64,000 nucleotides of DNA from positions 496,001 through 560,000 of the forward strand of contig OX337239.1 in assembly GCA_946965045.2 (NCBI GenBank), given 5' to 3'. The notes below the pieces were generated by a model. It was not told where the DNA came from. It did not search any database and saw nothing but the letters and a program-made list of their open reading frames with translations. The stretch comes from Epithemia pelagica. Taxonomy: Eukaryota; Protista; Bacillariophyta. The first letter of the stretch is position 1; the number at the start of each line of letters is the position of its first letter. The translations under genes were made by a program, and so were the position numbers. Positions 22,250-32,916 of this stretch are shown piece by piece.

Positions 22250-25200
22250 ATGGCGACCTCAGGTACAGCAGAAGCAGGTCTTTCCGTTCAAGTCTACGGT
22301 GAGAAAACCAGTTTGTCCATTACGGTTCGAAAGGCGGTGGTTAGTGCACCGGATCGACCCTTGCCGTTTCTGAACCAACAAGTGTTGGTATCGGTCCAAT
22401 TGGAGCTTGTCAATGAAACGGTCAACAAGAACACGGTCGCTGCCAAGTTGCATTGGACGCTTCCAACTTCTGCTTCAGTAAAGCGGTTTGAAATAAAGCG
22501 AGACAGTGCGGATGGAAGTGATGATGGTATTTGGTATCCAGCCACGGCCGTACCCAAAAAGCAAGCCGCCACAGTTGTGTACAAGGAAAAGGAAAAGGGC
22601 CGAAAGGTTGCCTCGGTGGCTCAATCATTGGCTGCATCCAACGTCTTTGAAATGGAACTATCACCCCTGCCCTATCAAACACCTGTGCAATGTCGAGTGG
22701 AAATGCTGCTGCAACACTCGGATGTAGGAGAATTGGTTGCCCTCCTCGAGACTAGTACGCAGAGCTCAACCTCCAAGATGCCCATGACGGTCGAACGTGT
22801 GACAATATCCTCATCCAGTAGTGACGATAACGACGCCAAGATAATGAAAAACGGTGATTTTGATCGCCCGAACTCAGCCGGTGCCGTTGTGGGGACGTGC
22901 TTTGGTAACAAGACGCACTTTGTTTGTCATATCCCACCTCTGGAAGAGATTGTGGATGATCTAGAACCTCGCAAGCCAAGTACGATTCGTCGAATGGCTC
23001 TCTTTCAAGATACCTCTGTTTCCATGATCCCCACAAAGGCTCAGGTTACAAACCGAGAAAGTCGATTGCGTCAACTCTTCTCCGAAGCCCAGTGCAATCT
23101 CAAGAACGATGAAACGGTTGTCATGGAGTTTTACACCTTTGACATGGTGGAATGCCGTCCACAGGGGGTCTATTCTACAGCGGACGACTTGCTCCATGCA
23201 ATGTCTGCGGTTGACTATGAGGGTGGGACGAATATTTCCGTCCTACTTCCCACAGTGTGTGAATTGGCTAAACGGAAAACCAATGTTGTAGATTGTGCCT
23301 TGATTGTTACGGATGGTGTCGACTCAACGGCCTCCACAGCATCGCCCATAACCAATGTGCTTCCGACTGTCCCATTTCCAGTCCATTGTATTACCGATAC
23401 CACAAAGATTCATGGCCCCACCCTGTCTAGTTTGGCAGCCATGTGTCCCAGCCGACCAGGGGCTGTTTTTACCAAGAAAGACACCTCCTATCTTCCAGGT
23501 ATCCTGTACCCTCGCGCGATCCTTCGTCGCATCCAGACCAACCAAAGTGACCAAGCCTTTTTGCAAGAGATTGATGATGTTTTTTGCTGCGTGCCAGATC
23601 ATCGGCTTGCCGTTCTGAATCAACCCATTCATCCAACGGATGGTTTGCTAATTTCGGGAATTCTGGCCGACAAGGACAGCAAAACGAATGACGAACGACC
23701 CGATCCAGTGACGGAACTTGTTGCAGAGATTGTAGTAAATGGAGCGGTCTACAAGCTGTGCTTCAATTTTGATTCGTCTCGCAAGTGGGAAACAACCGCT
23801 ACGGATTGTGAAGTAGCCGATGCTTGCACCACCACACGTCGTTGCCCGACACTCTTTCTGGATGATAGTTCTACTGAACACCAGTCGGGTTTGGCTGGAA
23901 ACAGTGATTTGGCTCGGATTCTGGGGCATTTGTATGCGGAACACGTGTATCGACAAACCCAACAGGATGCCATCAAGTCGGGCATGAGTCTAACATCGCT
24001 CTTGCAAGAGATTGCCGCAACCTATGGTTTCTGTAGCCCGGAAAGCACCTTGCTCATGCTCTATGAACGCGAGCAATTTCTGGAACACGACATTGCACCT
24101 CCTCTGGGACATCCTTTGGAACCAGAACTTCGAGATCATTTCCAAAAGAAGGTGGCTCTCGGTGAAAAGAATCCCCAGAAACATGACGGAGAATGCATTC
24201 CGATGGGTGAGCTTGGCGGTCTCAAAAATGAAGTACAACGAAAGGGTGTTGTGAGATTGGCCCAAAGGCTCAACGACTTTTTCTCGGCGCCGCCCATGTC
24301 ACGGAAAGTTTTAGAACGTGCAATGCCACCTTCAGCACACGAAGAAGAGATGGAGGAATGCTGTGTGGGATGCGATGAGGAGGAAGAAGAGGAGGAGGAG
24401 GAGCTTTGGTACGGAGAGACAGGCGGGGGGCTGTGTTATCGAGAGACAGCAATGAACCCGTATGGTAGGGCCAGCGAATCTGATGAGGACGACGCGGAGA
24501 GCTTTGACAGCTCGATGCATAGTGGAAGGTCCGAGGCTGAGGAGGAGGTCCATCAAATCGGCGAGCTTCGCAGTGGGCGGGAGATTGAGAACTCCGCTGT
24601 CCGTGTAGGTGGCTTGGGTCGTGCGCTTGGCTTTCCGTCTGCGCCAGGAAATGATTCAAAGAAAAATAGTGCTGGAGGAGACGTCTCGGTTGCAACTGAC
24701 GACAGTACCAAAAAGAAGTGTCTACCGAGAGCAGCAGAGGAGTACATGCAATCTCTTGAGAGTCGCATTCAACCAGTCGTTAGTGAGAAGAATGGCTCTG
24801 ATGAACGCATGGACAATGACCCAGATGATGGATGGAAACTCGTGTACCGAAATGAGCTTGAATCGTACGGAGGTTATGATTCTGCTTCACCTTCCTTGTA
24901 CTTGAGCACTGCTCGCGTTTTAGCCAAAGTCGGGCGACTGCAAGATGCAATCCGAATTGCCACCAATTGTCTTGAGAGTGGCCTTGACGATGCTCAAATG
25001 CTGCGAAGCGTTGGGTATGTTCTGCTTTCAATTTCCACCCCTCAGGCATTGGGACTGGCAATTGCTGTGTTTGACAAGGTGAAACTGCTTCGACCAACCG
25101 AACCCCAAAGTTTCATTGATTCAAGTCTATCGCGATTCCACAAGTGGTGGAATGCATGCTTTCAATCTGACAACATGACCACAGAGGGAACGAGTTGGTC

Positions 25201-25918
25201 TTCCGACGTAGATTCTGCACACCGTGAACTTGCGACGGCTCAGGCGGACCTGGTACATGTATTGAAACATCACTGGGCGGAGAGATTCTCGGAAGTCGAA
25301 TGGCCTGTGTTAATTCTTCTTCATTACTGCAAGGAGTTGCTCGAAGCTTTGCGACAAGGTTCTACGGATCGCATCACACAACTATCCGAATGGCCCTCAG
25401 ACGCCTTGGACTTATTTCGTGGAATGGACGACACAACGGACCCTATCACATGTGAATTGCCATTGTATTGTCCCAAGTTTGACCCAGCGTTGATGGTTTG
25501 GCTTGGCTGGGACACCGACAGGACTGATGTAGATTTGCACGTCAAAGAACCCTCGGGAAATGTCGTTTACTATGGTGACAAAGAAGGAAAGGAAAGTTGC
25601 TTGAGTCGAGACTTTACCAGGGGATATGGTCCCGAAGTGTATCTGGTGAAACAAAACAGCGAGACCTTACCTGGAAATTACGAAGTGTCTGCAAAGTTCT
25701 ATGCTTCGCATCAAGATTCAGCTTTGACCGGAACGACCAGTGCGGTCGTGTGGCGGATGGAGAAGATCATAACCAAATCCATGAACGGAGCTTCTGCGGA
25801 CAGCCAAAACAACCAGAAAGGTGCTTGTTCTACCAAGAACCGACTCAAATTCGACTTCGTTCGTTTGCAGACTCGGAAGCAGCAGACACATGTTGCCACA
25901 GCAACTATTCCCAGTTAA
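22250..25918 (+). CDS. VIT - vWA - TPR - DUF2135 multidomain protein (1222 aa, intronless)
   Basis: N-terminal VIT-like region (LPTSASVKRFEI...WYPATAVPKKQA...NVFEMELSPL). vWA MIDAS-like motifs (LFQDTSVSM, YEGGTNI, LIVTDG). Helical TPR-like region. DUF2135-type C-terminus WDTDRTDVDLHVKEPSG...DFTRGYGPEVY. ATG at 22250. Confidence 0.8.
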   Translation: MATSGTAEAGLSVQVYGEKTSLSITVRKAVVSAPDRPLPFLNQQVLVSVQLELVNETVNKNTVAAKLHWTLPTSASVKRFEIKRDSADGSDDGIWYPATAVPKKQAATVVYKEKEKGRKVASVAQSLAASNVFEMELSPLPYQTPVQCRVEMLLQHSDVGELVALLETSTQSSTSKMPMTVERVTISSSSSDDNDAKIMKNGDFDRPNSAGAVVGTCFGNKTHFVCHIPPLEEIVDDLEPRKPSTIRRMALFQDTSVSMIPTKAQVTNRESRLRQLFSEAQCNLKNDETVVMEFYTFDMVECRPQGVYSTADDLLHAMSAVDYEGGTNISVLLPTVCELAKRKTNVVDCALIVTDGVDSTASTASPITNVLPTVPFPVHCITDTTKIHGPTLSSLAAMCPSRPGAVFTKKDTSYLPGILYPRAILRRIQTNQSDQAFLQEIDDVFCCVPDHRLAVLNQPIHPTDGLLISGILADKDSKTNDERPDPVTELVAEIVVNGAVYKLCFNFDSSRKWETTATDCEVADACTTTRRCPTLFLDDSSTEHQSGLAGNSDLARILGHLYAEHVYRQTQQDAIKSGMSLTSLLQEIAATYGFCSPESTLLMLYEREQFLEHDIAPPLGHPLEPELRDHFQKKVALGEKNPQKHDGECIPMGELGGLKNEVQRKGVVRLAQRLNDFFSAPPMSRKVLERAMPPSAHEEEMEECCVGCDEEEEEEEEELWYGETGGGLCYRETAMNPYGRASESDEDDAESFDSSMHSGRSEAEEEVHQIGELRSGREIENSAVRVGGLGRALGFPSAPGNDSKKNSAGGDVSVATDDSTKKKCLPRAAEEYMQSLESRIQPVVSEKNGSDERMDNDPDDGWKLVYRNELESYGGYDSASPSLYLSTARVLAKVGRLQDAIRIATNCLESGLDDAQMLRSVGYVLLSISTPQALGLAIAVFDKVKLLRPTEPQSFIDSSLSRFHKWWNACFQSDNMTTEGTSWSSDVDSAHRELATAQADLVHVLKHHWAERFSEVEWPVLILLHYCKELLEALRQGSTDRITQLSEWPSDALDLFRGMDDTTDPITCELPLYCPKFDPALMVWLGWDTDRTDVDLHVKEPSGNVVYYGDKEGKESCLSRDFTRGYGPEVYLVKQNSETLPGNYEVSAKFYASHQDSALTGTTSAVVWRMEKIITKSMNGASADSQNNQKGACSTKNRLKFDFVRLQTRKQQTHVATATIPS

Positions 25919-26379
25919 TCATGTTGATTGATTTTGGTCGTTTGTTCCTTCAAAAGACAACTCGATTCGTCAAAGTCTTTGCATGGGATTCAAACTTCTC
26001 CGCACTATGTAGGAGTATATTTATGTCGCCTACCCATGACATCGGAACTATAAGTAAAACGATCTAGCAACTTAGGATTCTATTTCTGTTTCCCAATCGT
26101 TGCATACATCGCCATCTGAAGTGCATTCGGATGAACTTGATGTTTGAGGTTTTCCCGACACTTTAAGCAACGACAGCAACCATGCCTAAATCATCCCAAG
26201 ACAACGTCATCATCTTCCTACGGAGCAATTGCATGGTCGGACATGGATGCCAGTAAATGGACACATCCACTTTGCTTCCAAATCGTTTGACTTTGAAACC
26301 ATGGTTTGGCGAAATGCCCCGTCATCATGGAGTGGTGATTGGTGATTGTTGCCTAAGGTATCCTCCCCATCATTGCCGT

Positions 26380-26988
26380 CGCTCTCTTGAGGTTGGGGGA
26401 GGGCTGAAACGCCAATTGAACCGTGATTCATGCCAAGATCCCCAATTTTTGCTCATGTGGGACGGTCGGCATCTATACCCAAATCAACATGACAAAACCC
26501 ACAAAGAATCCCAACAAGAAACCGCACCAAAAATCACGATCCTGACCAGCATTGGACGTGTTGTTGTTGGTCATGGTCGCTGTTGTGCCTGTATTATTTG
26601 CATTGGCCGTGGCTTGTCCAGCGGCCGAGGCATGGACGGCCGCACGCCACAACAGGGCCTGGCGATCAACCAATCGCGCTAGTTGTTGTGCTTGAGGGGA
26701 ATCCCCTGTCGTTGCTGTGGTATTATTCGTATTGGTAGTGGTATTCTTGTTGTTTGAACCCCCGCTTCCTTTGAAAACGAGAAGCAATGCGGACGAACGA
26801 GCGTCTCCTTCTACTGATGGACGGCAAGGCACAGACACTTGTCCCTTGGTTGCTGTGCTATACAGTTTCATTGTCCACTCGTCCTTTTGTCGGTCAATAC
26901 GACCACGACTTGATTGTCCTGGATCAATGTGGAGGGGTAGAGGTAGAGATGTCGATTGCTTGCACGTCCATTGGTCATGGTGATGCAA
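26380..26988 (-). pseudogene. DSC3/DUF2407-like membrane protein remnant
   Basis: Reads GQDRDFWCGFLLGFFVGFVMLIWV*MPTVPHEQKLGILA*ITVQLAF, with in-frame TAG (26473-26475) and TGA (26428-26430). No N-terminal ubiquitin-like part is seen. Confidence 0.6.
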
Positions 26989-27103
26989 GTTCCTCCTTTT
27001 GCGGAAACCATGTTTTGGTCATCCAGCAACAACAAGCGAAATTCATCGTGAGCTGTACAGAAATCATACAGTTCGTCCATTGTCCTACCGGACACACACT
27101 CAT

Positions 27104-28954
27104 TTACGTCCAACCCATCCAGGATGACAACATGGACGGTTTGGGACAGTGTCGATAGACAAAGGGGGCAAATCGTTCTTGATCCTTTCCCCAGGGATCC
27201 AAGTCCACTCGACGAACAAAGCGTTTGGGTTGTTGTCGTCGTTGTTCGTTGGAATCCTGGTTGTTGTGAAACATGTCCTGTGGCGCATGCGCCGAAACAT
27301 TGTACTGCAAGAGGGCGGCATAGTGCGTCAACAAGGATTGGACATAACATGCGACAGAATCCATATACAAACTAGGCGTCACTTCCGTCAAGAGTTGTTG
27401 GACAATTTGTTGTGCTTGGGCGTCGTGGGTCAAGGCCCATTCCACTTGATCCACCAAATACGTGGAGGAAGAAAAGGAAGAATTTGTAGTAGTATTGCGG
27501 GGAGTGGACAATGGCGACGAGCGGACGGGCAAATAATGTCGATACGGCTGGAGCGCACTGTAATAAAACTCGACAAACTCATTGTTGTTGTGCTTGTTTG
27601 TTGTCGGATGGTTCGGGTCGTGGTCGTCCCATGCTTCTTCTTCTTCTTCTTGTGCTTCTGCTTGGTCGTGTTCGAGAAAGATTAACGAATTGCCGACAAA
27701 GTACTTTTCGGTGCGTCCCGCTGCTGGTCCATTGCCATGCAACAAGAGTAAATAGCGATACTGCAATTGCTGCAACAAGGGAACTGGTTCTTGTCGAGGT
27801 CCCAGGGCAGCTTCCAGTTCGGCAATGGTGGCCGTCGCATTGTGAACGGCGGCCGTATACTTGTAAAAGGCGGCCCGACACCACTCCGGATGCGTTTGAC
27901 AGGCCAAGAGAAATTGCGACCGACTCCGTTGTCGCCAGTCACCATTGGGATGGTAGGGACCGCCCGAAGTTCCACCCCGCCAAAACAACAAGGCTTGTTT
28001 GGACGACCAGGGATACCGCACCACGGCTTGTTGGGTAAAGTCGTGCGCGGCAAATTCCGCCAGAGTTGCATAGGGGATCAAAATGCCCACATCCTTCCGG
28101 CGTTTTTGAAAGGTAAAATAGGGAAAATATGTACTGTTGTTCTTGATGTGGTCGTCATGATGAAACGAGGATTTTTGAATCGATCGATGCGGTGGGCCAT
28201 CTCCAAAGGTAAGAAAGCCATCCAGGTCGGGCAATTGAACCATACAGGCACAGATTTGAATCAGACGCAACATTTGATAGGACCGTGTCCGATGCCAGGC
28301 ATGGCCCCGCCACCACAAGGTCTTGGTTTCCTTTTGGTGTTTGTGCTGCGTTCGACCACGGTTGATATACCATTCCAAATCGTCGTGGGTGGCAAAACTG
28401 GCATAGACTTGATTGTTTCGCACATGAAACATGTGTCCCCGACGGACCGAAGAGTGTGTCCGATAGGTGGTTTCCATTTCTTGCAACAAGGCCAAGGAAA
28501 TTCCGTCCACAAAGGGTTGCAAATCCAAAGGAATTTGATTCTCGTAGGGTAAGGGTCGCTGACGACAAAACGTTTGGTCGTCGTCGAGTTGATGGTTGTT
28601 GTTGTTTGTACGACGAGCATTAGGCCAATGATTCACGGGGAGTCGTCGTCGTTCTTCTTGTTGTTGTTGTCTTTGGTGGATGTGTGGATGTGCTTCTTCT
28701 TTTGCTTCTTCGTGTTGGTGATCGGACGAATCCGCCGTCATTGTTTCATTCGATCCGATTCCATGATTCCATAACCATTCCATGACTTGAAATTGGGAGG
28801 AAACAGACGCAGAAGAGGACGATCGCATCAAGGGTACCACGACTCCTGCGGCTAGTAACAACACCAATGCGGCCGCCATGAGTATCACGACCATGATGGG
28901 CCGTCGTCGTCGTTGTCGTCGTCGCGGCAATCGTTGGGGTGGTGGTTGGACCAT
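27104..28954 (-). CDS. Glycosyltransferase family 90 (CAP10/POGLUT-like), type II membrane protein (616 aa)
   Basis: N-terminal signal anchor. Motifs PWSSKQALLFWRGG, YRYLLLLHGNG, EFYYSALQPYRHYLPV and VEWALTHDAQAQQI. Confidence 0.88.
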   Translation of the reverse strand: MVQPPPQRLPRRRQRRRRPIMVVILMAAALVLLLAAGVVVPLMRSSSSASVSSQFQVMEWLWNHGIGSNETMTADSSDHQHEEAKEEAHPHIHQRQQQQEERRRLPVNHWPNARRTNNNNHQLDDDQTFCRQRPLPYENQIPLDLQPFVDGISLALLQEMETTYRTHSSVRRGHMFHVRNNQVYASFATHDDLEWYINRGRTQHKHQKETKTLWWRGHAWHRTRSYQMLRLIQICACMVQLPDLDGFLTFGDGPPHRSIQKSSFHHDDHIKNNSTYFPYFTFQKRRKDVGILIPYATLAEFAAHDFTQQAVVRYPWSSKQALLFWRGGTSGGPYHPNGDWRQRSRSQFLLACQTHPEWCRAAFYKYTAAVHNATATIAELEAALGPRQEPVPLLQQLQYRYLLLLHGNGPAAGRTEKYFVGNSLIFLEHDQAEAQEEEEEAWDDHDPNHPTTNKHNNNEFVEFYYSALQPYRHYLPVRSSPLSTPRNTTTNSSFSSSTYLVDQVEWALTHDAQAQQIVQQLLTEVTPSLYMDSVACYVQSLLTHYAALLQYNVSAHAPQDMFHNNQDSNEQRRQQPKRFVRRVDLDPWGKDQERFAPFVYRHCPKPSMLSSWMGWT

Positions 28955-29347
28955 GTTGTTGTTGGTGTTATCATCCAGAAAGCATTCACGACGTTCTTAT
29001 GGGGACCATGCCTGGATGATGGATGATTGTGAATTCGTCTCTCTCTCTCGTCGTCCTTCTATCATGGTGACGAAAGTCAAAATGGTAAATAAACTAGATG
29101 CTAGGAGTACTCTCTGAAGCTCTACTCAAGTAGGAGTACTCCTCTAGCTAGCTAGAGAGTTGGGAGGCATAGCTATTGTGGATGCGCCGACAGACAGACC
29201 CATCTGGGTTTGGAGTTCGCCGCATTCCCATCTTTCATTAGGCCATGGGGAGTGAGTATAGGCTACAGAGTATATGACTCGAGACGTGCTGCAAACTTCA
29301 AAAAGATTTCTCTCCTTTCTCCAATGTATAGTTCTTGGGTGCAGCTA

Positions 29348-29797
29348 CCGTAATTTGCGGATTCCTGTCCCCCCTATAGTCCTGTCCCCCCCACTCCCCT
29401 TAAACGTACATGGCCCCCTAACTTTTTATCTGTAGGTTCTTTCTGGGCTTATGGGTTACCCCCACATTCCTCACGTTCCGAGCTTTCTATCACACTGCCT
29501 GACATTACATGGGAGTGAATCAAAGAGGAGAAACAAGAGATAAAGCATGATGGGTATTATGATTAGGGTTAAGGCTACGCATTGAAGCACGGTCTTTCCC
29601 CTGACTGGAATTGTGCGACCAAACCTTCTCTACAGCCCCGAGGTTGAAAATTAATTTACTAACTCCATACCAGACTGTGTAGGTAGTTCGTCTCACATTT
29701 TTATACTACAGTAGAAAATTATCCAAAATTGCGTAGTCCTGTCCCCCTCCTCTTAATTTTTGTACATTCCGGGGGACCAGAAATCCGCAAATTACGG
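29348..29797. mobile_element. 450-bp MITE, Tc1/mariner-type, TA target duplication
   Basis: Terminal inverted repeats CCGTAATTTGCGGATT / AATCCGCAAATTACGG are 16 bp perfect and about 27 bp imperfect. TA flanks both ends (29346-47, 29798-99). Internal repeats of TCCTGTCCCCC. No ORF. Confidence 0.85.
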
Positions 29798-29916
29798 TAG
29801 TAGGGTTGCACAAAAATCGATACCATCCAACAAAGCAACAGACCACTGACTTGTGTGGAGCATTCTCTCTGTCTCCCTCGAGTGAAGTAGTTTCGACGGC
29901 CCAACTACACCGTACA

Positions 29917-31046
29917 ATGGCTTCTGCGACGGCAGCACCCCGTTCGTCGTCGTCGTCGTCGTCATCATCCTCGACGGATGTGACACGACGCATGGTGTGT
30001 GGTGGAGTGGCTGGAATGATTGCCAAGGTAGGTACTACACGTACGAGAACATGGTAGGAAGGGACTCTACAACGATTGGCAACAAATGGTGTGGATTGGA
30101 CGATTCTTCTCACATTATGCGACACCATATCTTTCGTTGGTTGTCGTTTGGACAGACGGCCACCAATCCATTGGAACGCATCAAAATGCTGTCGCAAACC
30201 GGAGAGCATTCCGCGGCTTCCAGTAGTAGCAGTCAAAAGAATAGTATTGTGGCCTTGTATCGAGACATTTTACGCAAGGAAGGCATTGTGGGATTGTGGG
30301 CCGGCAATGGGGCCAATTTGTTGCGCGTCTTTCCGGCCAAGGCGGTGGTCTTTTCCGCCAATGACGTCTATCGACAAGCGATTGGAACAAGTTTGGACTA
30401 TGTCTACCAAACCCAACCGCCACCACAACAACAACAACCCACCAAATTGTCGCCCGGTTGGTCCTTTTTGGCCGGTGGACTGGCGGGCATGACGGCCACC
30501 TTGGTCACCTATCCCTTGGATTTTGCGCGAGGACGCATTTCGGGCAAATTGGCCCGTGGTACCGAGAACAAAAAAGTCTACAAGGGCATTGTCTCGACGA
30601 TACTGGTCACAGTCAAGGAAGAAGGAGTCTTGGCCGTGTACAAAGGTGTCACTCCCACCCTACTCGGTGCCATGCCCTACGAAGGCATCAAATTTGGAAC
30701 CGTCGGTGTCTTGGAGAGCACCTTTCCCAAATCACATGACAATGACTCGACGACTCTGTCACCCGCCGTTCGCAAAATGCTCTTTGGTGGATTGGGTGGC
30801 GTCATGGCAGGGTTGATTACTTACCCCAACGATACCATTCGTCGGTTGTTGCAATTGCAAGGAAGTCGCGGCACGACGGCCGTTTATACCGGCTATTGGG
30901 ATTGTTTGCAACAAACGGTTCGGACGGGTGGAGTGGCGCGTCTCTATGCCGGATTGGGCGCCAATTTGTTGCGCATGGCACCCAATGCTGCCGTCCAATT
31001 TGGATCCTATGAATTTTTGAAACAACACACGGCCGATTGGGTATAA
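29917..31046 (+). CDS. Mitochondrial carrier (SLC25, SLC25A42/A16-like; 2 exons, 333 aa)
   Basis: Exons 29917-30027 and 30156-31046 with a GTAGGT...CAG intron. Three carrier signatures: PLERIK, PLDFAR, PNDTIR. Confidence 0.93.
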
Positions 31047-31734
31047 CATCAACCAAACCAACCAACGCACATACACACACCGAAAGAGAGAGAGAGAGCG
31101 CATGGTTCCACGACCACGAAACAAACCAACAAGAGCATAGAAGAAGAAGCATTCCATTGTGGATGAGTGTGTCCATCCCATTGTTTTGACCAATTCGAGG
31201 GTACTTGACCACAAAAAGAGAGATACAGATCCATGAAGAGAAACGAAACAGACCAATCAAACATGGGATTCTTCTACCTAGTACGAAACGAGATTTTCTC
31301 ATGTTTATTTCTATAGAATACATCAGGAGGGAAAATGGCATTGTTCATTGCTCTTTTACACCTAATTTCTTTGAAAGAAAGATCGAAGAAAGATGGATTT
31401 GTACAATAGATGGTCGGTCGCATTCCCGACTGGATGCATACGTTCATCCTCTCTTTTGTTGGTTCCGCCGTTTGTATGGTCCGTTTCGTTTGGTTGATGG
31501 ACTCGACACAGTAGATGCATGCACCCCAACACAATCGAGTGATGAAAGAAATGGTGTCGTACACACGTTCGTGACAAGACAAGTGTCTTTGCAATTCGTT
31601 CTTCGTTTTGAAGTCTACGGAAACCCACTCCATGCTGCACCACCTTTTCGTGTCCATACAGCATCTCAGACAACTTTTGAAAAGCAAAACCTCATGAACT
31701 CTCGACGAAAAGAAATCGGTCCATCGGACCAAGC

Positions 31735-32916
31735 TCATTCCAACGTTTGTTGTGGGAACTTCTTCAAGGTCACTGGGGCCTTGCAGACAAACGCGGCATC
31801 CAATGCGTTCTCAGCCTGGACAGGTGCCACTGGCCGTCCTTCCGTAAACTGAAGAACGCCATCACTGAGTGGCAAAAGTTGCTTGTCTTTTGTGGAGAAT
31901 TTGGCCTCTGGATGAACCTTGCGAAACATCAAGTACCCACTCTTTCTCAAAGCTTCTAGCCCTTCTTCCTTAATGACCTTTCTTATGTTACACGGTGCGT
32001 TCTCACAATCATCTGATACCAGAGACCGTAGCAGGGAATGATTTCTGGCAGTACTTGTTTTTTTCAGATCTGCGCCGTGGTAGGCAATTGCTGTTTCTCT
32101 CCAGAAAACAGCGTGCGTGCAACACGTGTTTAGGCTGTCCGGGCCTACGGGGGTACACTGTTTCAGCTCTGACAAAGCATCAATCCGGTGCAATAGAGCG
32201 GTTGGGATCATTGTCTCGTCGGGGCATCCAATACCGTGGAATTGAAACTTGGTGTTCCAGTAATCCATCGAATCGCGTGACCTTAAGAGAATCTCGACAT
32301 GACGCCGCGAAAGGTCAAACCACATTTCTGCCTTACCAGTCTGATTAAGCTCAAGACCTAATTCGACGTGGTATTCCTTGAAGATCCGTTGCGCAGCATT
32401 GGGGTGAGTAAAGCATATTCGGCTCTTGTCTCCGTCGGCAATCAAAGAATCATAGAGTTCGTCAAACGAAACGAGGGGTATACTCGTGGTGCTGACAAAG
32501 ATGAATTGTTTGGCATCGGGATCATGGTGATAGGCGTGCAAAAGTGTCTGCATCATGGCGTTGTGTAGGTCACACCACCTTGTTTCAAGAGAAGGGATCG
32601 CATAGGGACAGAAATATGGGCCAAGTGGAACAACTCCATCTTTGGCAGGAACTGAATGCACAAAGATAGAATGTCTATCTTCATCCATCGGAAACCAGCG
32701 ACTTCACAAGTCTTCATTCATTCCTCCCGTTGTCAGGAAAAGAAAGGAGACTTTGGGTGTCCTCCTTTCTTTCTGTGACTGCTTAGAAGACTGTTCTCGC
32801 GACTTCTGCCCCGAGGATCCGCCTACCAGCTCCAATTCTCCGCACAACAACATTGCAGACAGACAAACCAACAGAATCAAGGGAAGAAGTCGTTTTCGGA
32901 TCATGTATGGCGTCAT
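31735..32916 (-). pseudogene. Core-2/I-branching glycosyltransferase (GT14/DUF266-like) with an in-frame TGA
   Basis: Signal anchor, then KVSFLFLTTGGMNEDL*SRWF...HSIFVHS, FIFVSTTSIPLVSFDELYDSL, GCPDE and LMFRKV. The TGA at 32704-32706 sits where the family has Trp (LWERFF-type motif). Confidence 0.8.

Noticed and set aside
9392-28552. Long antisense or alternate-frame ORFs overlapping real genes, for example 13779-14738, 27767-28552 and 11843-12295
   Set aside because: They are shadows of codon bias in the true CDS and have no independent motifs.
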